From Squalus acanthias (lineage: Eukaryota), in NCBI GenBank assembly GCA_030390025.1, contig CM059425.1, positions 177,756,001 through 177,820,000 of the forward strand: a DNA stretch of 64,000 nucleotides. Reading direction: 5' to 3'. Of the stretch, positions 10,898 to 24,321 are shown one piece after another. The first letter of the stretch is position 1, and each line of letters begins with the position of its first letter. The position numbers and the translations under genes were made by a program. Below the pieces are notes generated by a model. It did not search any database. It was not told the origin of the DNA and saw only the letters and a program-made list of their open reading frames with translations.

Positions 10898-11609
10898 GGG
10901 GGAGAAATTCATTATAGCCCCATTTGGAGCGCTAACTTTTAAAAGCCAGGCGCTAGTAACTTTTTAAAAATTCGGTTTCGCACTCCAGGAAGGAAGTGAA
11001 GCGCTAAATCAAGCGCTCCACTTCCTTCCTGGAGCGCAACAGGCAGCAGGCGGGGCGGTAGGTGTGCAGCACTGCCATGTTGGAAGGATCCTTCCCTCCC
11101 TTAAAGGGAAGGGCCATCACTGCAGGCTCTGCAAGGAAAAGCAACTTACCTGGTCCCCAACGGCAGCCGCGATCCGGCCCGATCAGCCTGATGCACTGCA
11201 GCAGAGTGTCGGGCTGAACGAGCGCTGGGGAAAAAAGGTAAAAAAAACTGAAAACGAGCATTTGATTTTTTTTCCCCCCTACCTCGGCTACCTCGCCATT
11301 AAGTATCGCCCCTGAATTGCCCGGCCTCCCGATGAACGCCTCCTGCAGCTGTCAGTGTTTTTGCCTGGCGATGCTGCAGGGGGCGAAACCAAAGTTCAGG
11401 TCTGTGGTGCAACTGGGGCGATGCACACGGCGATGACATCACGATCTCTGGGTGAAGGAGATCGGGCCACAACGCTATACCGCTACCGCAAACCTCCCGC
11501 TGAATTTAGCGGGAGGCGATATTCTCGCCGCGCCCAGGCGGTAAGTAGTTAGCGCCCCCCCCCCCCCGAGGTGCTAACGGGAGGCGCAAAGGTACCCAAT
11601 TTCTCCCCC
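10898..11609. mobile_element. Non-autonomous TIR element (Harbinger-type MITE)
   Basis: Perfect 12-bp TIRs GGGGGAGAAATT (10898-10909) and AATTTCTCCCCC (11598-11609); GC-rich non-coding interior; TSD not clear. Confidence 0.75.
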
Positions 11610-13238
11610 TCTGTTTTTTGAGTAGGGAGTCTGCTTTTTAACATAAACCGGACAGCAAAATCTGTTGTCCTGCGGCTTTTTCAATTTTGCTAGATTTTTT
11701 TCATCCTTTCGTGCAAGGTTTACAACAAAACATCAAACCAGATCAATTCAAACTATTCCAGCAGCTACAAAAGCAACAAGGACTCAAATGGAAGATCAAT
11801 GTCACCAAGAAAGAGAGAGCTGTTGCTCTCAGTTATAAAAATAGAAAATTGTAAAAGAAAGTCAAAATAAATACCTTACACTATAACTAAAAACAAGGGA
11901 AAACCCTCCAATGCTTCATGGGTTGCTGGATTGTGATAAGGAGTGGACCCAGGCATAGTTTTTTCCTTCCCAGCTTAAGGATGCTGAAGACATTTATTAC
12001 ATCCAGATTGCTCCCTGTGATCCAGTTGAATTGTTGTAACTCAACACAGATAAAAATCAGACTTGGAATCAACCAGTTTGGTCCAATCCAATTTTACACG
12101 AAGCAGTGCACTTACCTATTGAATCAAAGAGGAAGGTAGTTGTATGACAAGTGCCATCACTGATTGACATTTATCTATATAGTTGTTTTATGATCACCAA
12201 TAATTATTTTGGTGTTTTTATTTTGTAATTTACAGGGCTTCTCCTGTAAGTAGATATTAGGTACAGCATTTTCTTCAGCATGTTCTGTCCACAATCCCTT
12301 TGTTCGTCCAAGAGACTAGACATGGCAGCATTTTTCTATTTATCTGCCTTGTATTCGAAAATATTCAGTTGATATTTGAAAATAACCAACTAAAATTATT
12401 TTACAATGTACATAGGAGGAATTAATAATCCTGTAGGACGTTAGAAGATTGTGCATATTCAGGAAGACTAGAAACAGATTGAATTACTGTAAGTGTAATT
12501 GCCTGGTGGCACGGAATGCAAACAAGTATCTTGAGAAATTTGATACTTCCTCCTCTTTTGACATGGGTGTCGTATTTCTGGGGGTTTCATCACATGACTT
12601 CCTGCCTCCAACTGCCCCATTCCCACGCTCCAGACATTGGTTGGCCGACACGACCATCCTCGTGGCGCACCACCTTCCCCTATTGATTGGAAGGGGAACA
12701 TCCAATTACCCGATTGGATGATACTTGAATGTCAGTCATACAGCCTTTTTATCCCATCTCCAATATTTTTATAACTAATAAATGTTCAAAGAAAATGGAA
12801 AGAATCACGCACAAGTCTTTTGTTAATGCCCCTATGATTTTTCTCTTGGGTTGCTCTTAGCAGAGTCCTGTAAATTAATCTTCCAATTCCTGGAGGCTCC
12901 AGGCCAATCCTGGAGGGTTGGCATCCGTACCTGGTATCCCGGCCAAAAATTATCACGCAACCAACACTACCAAAAACAGATTAATTTATTTATCTCATTG
13001 CTTTTTTGTAGGACCTCACTGCACAAATTGGCTGCCACCTTTGCAATGTTGACTATACTTCAAAAGTAATTTATTGGTTGTGAAACGCTTTATGCAAGTT
13101 CTTTATTTCTTAACTAAACTAAGAATAAAGTCTGCTGAATTTAAAAAAATATCTTTGAATTTTTTTTTAAGATTTCGATTAAATGAGTTATTCCAAAAAT
13201 AACACTCCGTCTCCACTCTGGCATTTCGAAATAGCACG

Positions 13239-13326
13239 AAGGGTCATCGACCTGAAACGTTAACTCTATTTCTCTTTCCACAGCTGCTGCCAGACCTGCT
13301 GAGTATTTCCAGCATTTTCTGTTTTA
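13239..13326 (+). mobile_element. 88-bp Penelope pLTR fragment with a 5'-truncated hammerhead
   Basis: Perfect 14-bp TSD TTCGAAATAGCACG at 13225-13238 and 13327-13340; sequence matches 19304-19393. Confidence 0.85.
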
Positions 13327-13339
13327 TTCGAAATAGCAC

Positions 13340-13830
13340 GGTTGCTTTCTGTCGCCTGCCGTGAACTGCTGCGGCTGCCGTCGCCGTGCTGACAGGGGAG
13401 TTTCCGGCGCCTTCTGACGGACGGTTTGTTTAGGATTCAGTTCCTTGTATCCACCTCCCCTTCGTTCATGTTTCGGAGAAATTCCGCTGCGATTCCCGCT
13501 GTCAGTCGGTGTTTCGAGAGCAGAGCCGTTCAGTCATCATGATTAAAGCCATTCTGATATTTAACAACCACGGCAAGCCGCGCCTCTCCAAGTTCTATGA
13601 GCGCTATGTGAGTATGAGCAGGTCCCGGGGCCGGCGGACGCGGGGATTGCGGCTCTTTGAGGTGGCGGTTAGCTGTCAACTGCCGGCGCGCGCTCCGCCC
13701 GGAGAATGACCCGGGACACGCGCCCCGGGCCAGGTTCCCAGTAAGGGCTCGCGCAATGACCAGTCTGGGTTTAAGATGCGGGGTTGAGGGTGAGGTTTAA
13801 CATTGGGCAATCATAGGGCACGAGCGGAGC
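13340..13830 (+). promoter_or_regulatory. CpG-rich promoter / 5' region of AP3S1
   Basis: Abrupt non-repeat CpG/GC-rich segment spanning exon 1; ETS-type TTCCGG near 13402; no obvious TATA box. Confidence 0.7.
13539..13607 (+). CDS. AP3S1: AP-3 complex subunit sigma-1, coding exon 1
   Basis: MIKAILIFNNHGKPRLSKFYERY followed by donor GTGAGT; 69 nt, phase 0. The K/I/SK residues fit AP3S1 rather than AP3S2. Confidence 0.97.
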
Positions 13831-16800
13831 CGCTCCATCTCACTTGAGAAGCATTCTGATACATTAAACTGGGGCTCATAGAAAGAGCTTGTTTTAAATT
13901 CTAGGCTCGTTTGTGCGTGTGAAGTTAGTGGATGCATCGCTTTTTTTAAAAAAGAGCATGTACCAGATCTCCATTTAATCCAAAGATTTTTCAGTAATTG
14001 TCTAATTAATCCTATGTACGGAATATTCCAAAGTGGAATTTCAGAATTATACAGAATACCAGACGGTATTCCTTATTTCGAAATGCTGCTCTTCAGAAGG
14101 TCAGCTGCCAGCAATTCTCATGATGTAGCTGCTGAACTAATGATGTGTACAAGTGCGTGAAATCAGATATCAGCTGCACGAAGAGCTGTTTGACAAGCCC
14201 TAATCAGCCTGTTATTTGCGCAATGGGTTATGGTGGACTTTACGCGTATCGAAGGCAAACGTTTCCCAAATACAGTATTTTCGAAAGTCGTTTAAAGACA
14301 ACAGGGGCTACCCTGTGATAGTTTGCTTTTATAGTTGGGGGGAAGAAGAGCGACTGAGGGGAAGGAAGGTGTGATATGGATGGTACATAAATCGTTAATG
14401 TTGAATTGTGTGTTGATCAGTGAATTAGAAAGTGACATTACATGCTCAGCTGTATTGCGTTCTATTATTCCTGTCAAAATAAATTTAAAAATTGTGTACG
14501 TATGTGAGAACCTAATTATTATTGCGTGTAGATAGGATGTTTATTAGTTGAGTGATTCTGTGCAACTGCTGTTTTTGGAGCTAATCAGCTTTTCCAACAG
14601 TTTGCAACAGCGCCAGTGTCACTTAGGTATAAGGCATTATAGACATTGTGCTATAGTTCAGGTCTGATGGTACACCAGTGAAAATATCAACTACTATATT
14701 GACATGATGTTGCTGTCCAATTTATAAATAATTGTTTTACTTTGTCTTAATTTACTTTATTTCAGTAATCTAATGATTAAGTAATTTATGTAACTATGCA
14801 TCTGCTCAAAATTACTGCTTGAGTTACCTATATCTGCTGTGAAAATCAAATGTATTTGGATGTTTGCAATTGATCAAATAATTTTCAATGCTGGATGCAA
14901 ATAATTGTCCAGACACTCATGATGCTGCTTCAAGCCAGGCCTGTTCTGTTAAGCAAATAACTTTTTAAAGTGATCTTTCCTTAATAAAGCTTTGGAGCAC
15001 ACTATTTCTCCTTTTCCTCTTAGTTAAAACATTTCAGGATGCAAATACTCAGTTGATTGAAAATAGTTGTACGATTTGATTTAGAATACTGACATCATTA
15101 AGCTACAAAATATCAGTTTGAAATTGGTACTTGCTAAGAGTGATGCAGGGCCAGCAGAACGATTTGAACTGCTGGAGCACAGTATTGCTCTCTGGCATAA
15201 TGTTAGCAGAGAGTTGGCTCTGCCATTTTCTCTTGGCTAACATTAAGAATATTTGAAGTTTCAAAAGTTTCCAGGTGATCCAATATGCTGCATGAATTTT
15301 AAAACTTACTGGTTGCAGTTCTGAAGCCAAAGTAGAATGAGGCAGCCTCCTGGAGCTAGTCTTGGATCTCTTGCCTAACTTCAGTTTAGGTGACTTTTCC
15401 TAGCATTTTCTGCTTCTGTACTTGCCAGCCCATGATTTTCCACCCATTCACTTTTTAATAAGTGTGAAATTGTGGGCTGTCAATTGCAGAAGCAGGAAAC
15501 CCTGGCCGTTATTTCCATATTGCTTTCATCGATTTGAAGGCGGCGCTGCTTTGCATTGATGCAGACTATGTAGTATCACTTATGTGATTTATACCCAGGT
15601 CCGTATGAAAAACCTTGCAACTTTAAGAATAACTGGGTTTTAGCCTTAGACTAACCAGGAAAAGCTTTTGATGAGCTATTTTGTCTATTGTTATCCATCA
15701 TAAAAATGCGTGTCTGTGGTTTACAGGATCAATGATTAGTGTGTTTTCCAAATGAGCAACTGTGGAGTTTGCAACTTGTGATAAGCTACTCGCATAAAAG
15801 AAAATTGCTTTTAAAAGGTATTGCAGTTAAAGTGAATAAATAAGTTGATTTCTTTTTTGATCTGTTCAATTCAGTTGCGGTTAGGTCCGTTTCAGTTGAG
15901 AGAACCAGTTAATTATAACACTGCCTGAAGCAGCCATTAATTATTTAACAGTTACTTCACACTGTAATAACTAGCTGCATTCTCTGTTACAACATCTCTT
16001 TCACAGCATCAGTTACACAAATTGCAAAATATTACTTTCTGTTTTATTTCAAAAATTCAATCTAATGATTTGTTCAGGAGTAAATGCAGAAACTGCTTTA
16101 AGGTGAGATTTCAGAACTACCAGGATCTCTTGGATTGGATTGCATTGGATTTATGCAATGAGAATTATAGCAGGAACAGTATGAAAAGTACTCAATACAA
16201 AGGTTAGCATTGCTCAAAATGCAGTTGTCCATTATTAAATTTAGAGTTCCACACCAAGTATTGAGTGCATAATCTAGACTGATGCTTCAGTGTATGCCTG
16301 AGGGAGTGCTGCATTGCCTGAAGTGCCTTCTAATGGATAAGACTTTAAAACTAAGGTCCTATCTGTTCAGTGGATGTTAAAGATCCTTTTATGTCATTGT
16401 TTGTAGAATGTTGCTGGTAAAGAATTGGCTGCTGTATTTGACTGCATAAAATGCAAAAAGTAATTGTGTGAAACAATTTTGAGGCTTTCTGACACATTTT
16501 AAGGCACTGAGTGGAAGTATACTAATCCAATGGATATGGAATTGAAGCAAAAGTCATGAGCTTTCCAAGCAATATTTCAGCACAATGCTCTAACTCCGAG
16601 TACTTCAGCCTGAGCTCTGTAATGGAGAAGGGATATGACGTTCACTCCACTTGGTTACAGATAGTGTCACTGATAATAGTGGTGGAGGGAATGTGTGGTG
16701 ATGAATTAAAGGTAAAATGCAAGAAGCAGAATGTACAACATTAAAGCTTGTCCCTTCTGTAGTATATTAATATGAATCTAATAAACAAGGCTAGTGACAA

Positions 16801-18426
16801 CATTTGCACAACAGAAAAATAATCTGATCCTTATAGTTTTGATTTTATATTCCTTTCAGTAAACATTTATAGCTGTTAATTATTTTAATAATGGGTAAGA
16901 ACATTTTAGTATCCAAACCAAATTGGTTACGAGGCCACACCTTGCTGTTTTATGCAGATTATACAGCACAAAGTGACCGTGCCTTGATTCCATTATTATA
17001 CAAGTACCTTCAAGCCATGTTTATGCTCCATGTGGTAAATGCAGTGCAAATTTCTGTGTATGGAGACATTAAATCTCTAGCAGCTCAGGATGCATCGCCT
17101 CCACTGAAATCTACCTGGGGTGTTGGTCTGGTAGCGGAATAGAACCATAGGAGTGAGTATGCAACAAAGGAGGCCATTTGGCCTGCTCTGTTTGTACTGG
17201 TTTTTAGTTAGAGCAATTTAAAACTAATCCCAGTGTCACACTCTCCCCATAGCCCTGTATCATTCTTTGCTTTCCTCCCTTTCCTCTCCAAAGTCCTTGA
17301 ATGTGTTGTCGCTTCCCAAATCCGTACCCATTTTTCCCAGAACTCCATGTTTGAATCCCTTCAGTCAGATTTCCAGCCCTGCCACTGTACTGAAACGGTC
17401 CTCATCAAAGTCACAAATGACATCCTCATCCTTCTCGCCCTGTCTGCAGCCTTTGACGCAGTTGACCGTACCATCCTCCTCCAGTGCCTCTCCTCCATCA
17501 TCCAGCTTGGTGGAACTGCCCTCGCCTGGTTCCATTCTTGCCTATCCAGTTGTAGCCAGAGAATTACCTGCAATGGCTTCTCTTCCTGCTCCCGCACCGT
17601 TACCGCTGGAGACCCCCAAGGATCTATCCTTGCCCCCCCTCCTGTTTCTCATCTACGTGCTGCCCCTTGATAACATCATCCAAAAACAAAACATCAGGTC
17701 CAAAATGTATGCTGACGACACCCAGCTCTACTTCACCACCTCATCTCTTGACCCCTTCACTGTCTCTGATTTGTCACGCAGCTTATCCGACATCCAGTAC
17801 TGGATGAGCAGAAACGTCCTCCAACTAAATATCGGGAAGACTGCCAAAGCCGTTGCCTTTGGTCCCCACCACAAACCCCATTCCCTAGCCACCAACTCCA
17901 TCCCTCTCCCTGGCAACAGTCTGAGGCTGAACCAGACTGTTAGCAACCTTGGTGTTGTATTTGACAACGAGATGAGTTTCTGACCACATATCCGCTCTTA
18001 TCACTAAAAGCTCCTTAACTCTGCCCCTGCCTCAGCTCATCTGCTGCTGAAACCCTCATCCGTGCCTTTAATACCTCTTGACTTAACTATTCCAATGCTC
18101 TCTTGGCCAGCCTCTTGCGCATCCCTGATTTTAATCGCTCCACCATTGGCGGCTGTGCCTTCAGCTGCGTAGGCCCTAAGCTCTGGAATTCCCTCCCTAA
18201 ACCCCTCCACCTCTCTACCTCGCTCTCCTCCTTTAAGATGCTCCTTTAAACCTACCTCTTTGACCAAGCTTATGGTCATCTGGCCTAATATCTCCTTATG
18301 TGGCTTGATGTCAAATTCTGTTTGATAACAAAAGCAAAATACTGCGGATGCTGGAAATCTGAAATAAAAACAGAAAATGCTGGAAATACTCAGCAGGTCA
18401 GGCAGTGTCTGTGGAGAGAGAAACAG

Positions 18427-18463
18427 AGTTAACGTTTCAGGTCGATGATCCTTCGTCAGAACT
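18427..18463 (-). ncRNA. Minimal type I hammerhead ribozyme (stem II mismatch)
   Basis: Reverse complement AGTT CTGACGA AGGATC ATC GACCT GAAACGTT AACT. Confidence 0.65.
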
Positions 18464-18740
18464 GGAAAAAGCTGGAGATGGAACAGGTTTTTAAGCAAGT
18501 GCAGGGGTTGGGGGGAGGGGAGGAAAGAACAAAAGGGAAGGTCTGTGATAGGATGGAAGGCAGGAGAGATTAAGAGACAAAAGGGATGATGGTGCAAGGC
18601 AAAAGGAGATGGTAATGGGACAAGTTAAGAAACAAAAGATGGCTCTAGATGAAGTGTAAATGGCACTGGCAGAATGAAAGACAGCTGCCATGTGAGAGAG
18701 AGAGGAAAAAAAGGGGAAAAAAAAAAGATAGGGGCAGAGG

Positions 18741-19085
18741 TTATGGTGTGAAATTGTTGAACTCTGTGTTGAGTCCAGAAGGCTGTAAAGTGCCTAATCG
18801 AAAGATGAGGTGCTGTTCCTCGAGCTTGCGTTGAGCTTCATTGGAACAGTGTAAGAGGCCGAGGATGATGAGGTCAGAGTGGGAGTGGAGCGGAGAATTA
18901 AAGTGACAGGCGACCGGAAGCTCGGGGTCACCCTTACGGACTGAACGGAGGTGTTCCGCAAAGCGGTCACCCAATCTGCGTTTGGTCTTCCCAATGTAGA
19001 GGAGGCCGCATCGTGAGCAGCGAATACAGTATACTAAATTGCAAGAAGTACAAGTAAATCGCTGTTTCACCTGGAAGGAGCGTTT
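18741..19085 (-). pseudogene. Penelope GIY-YIG endonuclease domain (open frame, RT missing)
   Basis: FTCTSCNLVYCIRCSRCGLLYIGKTKRRLGDRFAEH...VACHFN...RKLEEQHLIFRLGTLQPSGLN. Confidence 0.9.
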
Positions 19086-19293
19086 GGGGCTGTGCCATTT
19101 ACACTTCATCTAGAGCCATCTTTTGTTTCTTAACTTGTCCCATTACCATCTCCTTTTGCCTCGCACCATCATCCCTTTTGTCTCTTAATCGCTCCTGCCT
19201 TCCATCCTATCACAGACCTTCCCTTCTGTTCTTTCCTCCCCTTTCCCTGCCCCTGCACTTGCTTAAAAACCTGTTCCATCTCCAGCTTTTTCC

Positions 19294-19330
19294 AGTTCTG
19301 ACGAAGGGTCATCGACCTGAAACGTTAACT
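19294..19330 (+). ncRNA. Minimal type I hammerhead ribozyme
   Basis: AGTT CTGACGA A GGGTC ATC GACCT GAAAC GTT AACT: CUGANGA and GAAA core, stem I AGTT/AACT, palindromic AACGTT, GUU triplet. Confidence 0.8.
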
Positions 19331-20460
19331 CTGTTTCTCTCTCCACAGATGCTGCCTGACCTGCTGAGTGTTTCCAGCATTTCCTGTTTTTATTTCTGTT
19401 TGATAACGCTCCTGTGAAGCGCCTTGTGACGTTTTACTATGTTAAAGGCGCTATATAAATACAAGTTGTTGTTGCTTTAAATGTTTATTCTTTCCTTTAA
19501 AAGATGTAATCTTCACTCTCAACTATTTCCTGTGCCAAAACATTGCATGCTGTGCAAAGAGTTTTTCTTGAATCTTCTCTTGATGTTGTGTTGACCGAGG
19601 AAGTGGGCACGGTACGCTGCGGTCAATGTGATGGCAAGCTTTGGGGCAGTCATTTATGCCAATCTAGCTACCTGTGAATAGAATCATCCCAGATTCATTG
19701 GTGACCTATTAATTGGTAGATGTTAATCTCCTTTAACCACATTATACTGGCTATACACAGTTGGTTGCCTGGATTTGTTCCCAAACTGAGAACGCCACTG
19801 TGTATTGTGCATAAGCAATGATGCTCTAAGTTTCAGCGGAAACATCGGTAAGGTGTGATTAAGACACGCTCGTTGAATGTTGCATCAAGCTCTTGAGAGA
19901 AACTGGGGCTACTTCTGAGGTGACTATGTATGCAAGTTGCAATCTGTTTGTTCATCCACCTGAGTTGTATTGAAGTGAACCATTGAGCAAGAAAGTTGGC
20001 TTGTGATTGCTACTTAAATCTCAATGAGTAAATGAGCTGGGCAATTTTTTATCCCCATTTTTTAAAATCGCTCAGGATTGTCGTAACTCCATTTCTTGGC
20101 CAAGAAGGTAAGCTGGTTTCCAAATATGTGTTTAGAAGTCTCTGTCAGTGATGCTCTCCAGCTCTCACCTATGAGATCCATGAGAGTTGCTTTCCCTCGA
20201 GTTTTTTTTTCTCCTCCTATTCAAGATTGAGTACTTGCTGTGTGTGCACCAATCAGGAAATAGAATGAAGCTTTAGGTGTAAATCTTAGATATGTTCAGA
20301 TAATTTTTTTTGACTAATTTACTTTCTAAATAGTCCTGTTTGCATGGCTGTTCTTTGGAACGCTCTGTTCCTCCATGTGACTTGTTTAAATAGTGCAGCA
20401 GAGCGAATGGAATCATGTCAAATTGTTAATGGACTCTCCTGTCCACCTCCAACCCCAGTC

Positions 20461-22870
20461 ATAGGAACATAAGAAGTAAGAGCAAGAGTAGGCCATACGG
20501 CCCCTCGAGCCTGCTCCGCCATTCAATAAGATCATGGATGATCATTGACCTCAACTCCACTTTCCCACCCGATCTCCATATCCCTTGATTCCCCTAGAGC
20601 TCAAAAATCTAGGTCATTAATATAGATTGTAAATAGCTAAGGCCCAACACTGATCCTTGTGGCACCCCACTAGCCTGCCAACCTGAAAAAGATCCGTTTA
20701 TCCCTACTCTGTTTTCTGTCCGTTAACCAATCCTCTATCCATGCTACTATATTACCCCCAACCCTATGAGCCCTAATCTTGTGCAATAACCTTTTATGTG
20801 GCACCTTATCGAATGGCTTTTGGAAATCCAAATATACTACATCCACTGGTTCCCCTTTGTCTACCCTGCTAGTTACATCCTCAAAAAACTAATAAATTTG
20901 TCAAACACGATTTCCCTTTCATAAAACCATGTTGACTCTGCCTAATCATGTTATGATTTTCTAAGTGACTTGATACCACTTCCTTAACAATGGATTCCAG
21001 CATTTTCCCGATGACTGATGTCAGGCTAACTGGCCTGTAGTTCCCTGTTTTTTCTCTCCCTGTTTTTTCTCTCCCTACATTTGCGATCTTCCAATCCGCT
21101 GGGACCATTCCAGAATCTAGGTTATTTTGGAATCAAAACCAATGCATCCACTCTCTCTTCAGCCACCTCTTTCAGAACCCTAGGATGTAGGCCGCAAGTC
21201 CAGGGGATTTGTCGGCTTTTAGTCCCATTAGTTTCTCTCGTACTTTTTCTCTACTTATGTATTACGTTAAGTTCTTCCCCCTCATTAGACCCTTGGTTCC
21301 CCATCATTTTTGGGATGCTTTTTGTGTCTTCTACTGTGAAGACAGATACAAAATATTTGTTTAACGTTTCTGCCATTTCCTTATTCCTCATAATTTTTCC
21401 TGTCTCCGTCTCTAAGGGACCAACGTTTACTTTTGCTACTCTTTTCCTTTTTACATACTTGTAGAAACACTTACAATCTGCTTTTATATTTCTTGCTAGT
21501 TTTCTCTCATTCTATTTTTTCCCTTTTTATCAATTTTTTGGTCAACCTTTGCTGTTTTCTGAAACTCTCCCAATCTTCAGGCTTACTATTATTCTTTGCA
21601 ACATTATAAGCTTCTTCTTTCAATCTAATGCTCTCCTTAACTTCTTTAGTTAGCCACGGTTGGCTCACTTTTCCCGTGGAGTTTTTGTTTCTCAATGGAA
21701 TGTATTTTTGTTGAGAATATTGAAATATTTCTTTAAATGCTAGCCACTGCTTATCTACCGCCATACCTTTTAATCTATTTTTCCAATCTACCTTAACCAA
21801 CTCGCCCCTCATGGCTTTATTTAAGTTTAAGACTCTAGTTTCGGACTGAGGCAAGTCACTCTCAAAATCAATGTGAAATTCTATCATATTATGATCACTC
21901 TGCCCCAGAGGATCCTTTACTGTGAGATTGCTCATTAACCCTGTCTCATTACACAATACAAGATCTAAAATAGCTTGTTCCCTGGTTGATTCCATGACAC
22001 ATTGTTCTAGGAAACTGTCCTGAATACATTCCATGAACTCATCCTCCAGACTACTTTTGCCAGTTTGATTTGTCCAGTTTATATGAAAATTAAAGTTCCT
22101 CAAGATTATTGCATTCCCTTTGTTGCAAGCTCCTACTATTTCTTGATTAATATTCTGTCCAACGGTATAGCTACTGTTAGGGGGCCGATATACTACTCCT
22201 ACCAGTGTTTTCTGCCTCTTATTCCTTATCTCCACCCATACTGATTCTACTTCCTGATCTTCTGAGCCACGATCCTTTCTCACTCTCGTCCTTATGTCAT
22301 CCTTTTATTATCTGGGCTACTCCCCCTCCTTTTCCATTCTGCCTGTCTTTTCAAAACGTCAAGTACCCTGGAACATTTGTTCCCAACCTTGGCCACCTTG
22401 CAGCCATGTCTCTGTAATGGCTATTAGATCAAACCCATTTATCTCTATTTGTGCCACTAGTTCGTCTATCTTGTTACGAATGCTTCGTGCATTCAGATAA
22501 AGAGCCTTTAATTTCAATGTTTTACCATTATTCTCTGCTTTGACCTTATTCTCTACTGCACTGCTACCATTAAACTCTCTGTCCCTTCCTGTCACACTCT
22601 GCTTATTTTAGCCAAATCGCTACACTGCTCTATTGCCTTGACCTTTCTCCTTAGATTTTTAAATTTCCCCTCACCTGACCCCTCCCCCCCCCTTTTTTTA
22701 GTTTAAAGCGCTATCTATAGCCCTAGTTATTCGATTCGCCAGGACGCTGGTCCCAGCCCGGTTTAAGTGGAGCCCGTCTCGACGGAACAGCTCCCTCTTT
22801 CCCCAGTACTGGTGCCAGTGCCCCATGAATTGAAATCCCTTTTTCCCACAGCACTCTTTGAGCCACGCCC
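20461..22870 (-). mobile_element. CR1 LINE: ORF1 3' end, APE endonuclease, partial RT, internal deletion, 3' tail
   Basis: 22700-22868 reads WGKRELFRRDGLHLNRAGTSVLANRI (SGNH esterase DGLH block); LYLNARSIRNKIDEL...IAITETW; GVVYRPPN; GQSDHNMIEF; RT fused to the 3' UTR near 20610. Confidence 0.92.
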
Positions 22871-23227
22871 TATTAAGAAAAAAAGGCTTGGCTGCATATT
22901 TGGTAAAACAAAAACACTGGTGTGCAAGGCTGAGAGAATAATCTGTCTCTGCAATTAGTAAGAAAATAGGCTGAGCATTGACGCAAGTATTTAACCAATG
23001 TTAGGCAGTGGACTCAAGATTCAACGAGAAGACTAATATTGCATGTGAGTTAGAAGGCTGAAATTGCTATATCAGAAGTCGAGCGTGCCATTAAAGAATA
23101 AGAAGATAGGAAAGGCAGGTGAGAACATAAGAGCTGCAGATTATTGGGGAGATTTGATGTACAGAAAATGTCCCAAGTCTGTAATATGATCTAAAGCTCT
23201 AGAATGCTACCCATGGACATTGAACAA

Positions 23228-23825
23228 AAGAAATAGGAGCATGAGTAGGCCATACGGCTTATCGAGCCTGCTTTGCCATTCATGGCTGATCTTCGACCTC
23301 AAATTCACTTTCCCGCCCGATTCCCATATCCCTTGATTTGTTTAGAGTCCAAAAGTCTATCGATCAGTCTTGAATATATTCAACGACTGAGCATCCATAG
23401 CCCTCTGGGGTAGAGAATTCCAAAGGTTCACAACTCTGAGTGAAGAAATTTCTCCTCATCTCAGTCCTAAATGGCCGACCCCTTATCCTGAGACTATGCC
23501 CCCTAGTTCCAGACTCTCTAGTCAGGGGAAACAGCCTCTCCGCATCTACTCTGTCAAGTCCTCTCAGAATCTTGTATGTTTCACTGAGATCACCTCTCAT
23601 TCTTCTAAACTCCAGAGAGTATAGGCCCATTCTACTCAATCTCTCCTCATAGGACAGCCCTCTCATCCCAGGAATCAATCTAGTGAACATTCGTTGCACC
23701 CCTTTTAAGGCAAGTCTATCCTTCCTTAGGTACGGAGACCAGAACTGTGCACAGTACTCCAGGTGTGGTCTCATCAAAGTCTTGTACAATTGCAGCAAGA
23801 GTTCCTTACTCTTGTACTCCATTGC
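23228..23825 (-). mobile_element. CR1 LINE 3' fragment
   Basis: ORF 23364-23834 contains RPHLEYCAQFWSPY and TRGHSLRI. Confidence 0.92.
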
Positions 23826-24321
23826 CAGATTCAAATTAACACCCCAAAAAGATCAAAAGTCGGAGTGTGAACAGCATAGAGTCATCAATCTCAAACAACA
23901 CTGCAAGTGCTGCTAAAAATCATACTAGAAGTGATAAAAAAGGAAGCTGAGAATTAAGTAATGAATGTTTTTGGTTTTAAGACCAGGAAATGAAGACACA
24001 GGAATATTTGAGAATGATTTGTGAACAATCGATAGATATCGATGCAAGTTGAGAGTTTTTGACAAGGTGAAGTACAAAAGATGAATAGAATTGATTAGGA
24101 AATTCATGGAACTTATTCATGGATCTTTTTTGGGAACTGCAAACTGTAGCAAAGAGTTAATGGACCAAATCTTGCTGGAGCAGGGCATCTCGCAGCATAA
24201 GTTGTTGGTTAGACTTTTTCCTGCACCCTTCAGCTCAAATGTTTTGCACCGTAACTTGCTGGAAGTGTGAGCTGGCAATGGGGCATCTGGGACCTTAGTG
24301 AACGATGGGACCAACAGTGTA

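Larger units (their letters stand above)
18330..19393 (-). mobile_element. 5'-truncated Penelope-like element with inverted pLTR
   Basis: 14-bp TSD TTCTGTTTGATAAC at 18316-18329 and 19394-19407; inverted arms of about 305 bp; GIY-YIG coding segment between them. Confidence 0.9.
17272..19473 (+). mobile_element. L2 LINE 3' part with internal deletions, interrupted by a Penelope insert
   Basis: LPFLSKVLECVVASQ, LSAAFDAVD and YADDTQLY motifs; tail GCGCTATATAAATACAAG followed by TTG repeats. Confidence 0.88.

Noticed and set aside
12420..12930. Overlapping ORFs upstream of the promoter
   Set aside because: No recognisable protein; ends in GGAGGGTTGGCA, a hAT-like MITE terminus, too decayed to delimit.
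13509..13709. 66-aa ORF as a complete gene
   Set aside because: It is AP3S1 exon 1 read through the GTGAGT donor; the true start is 13539.
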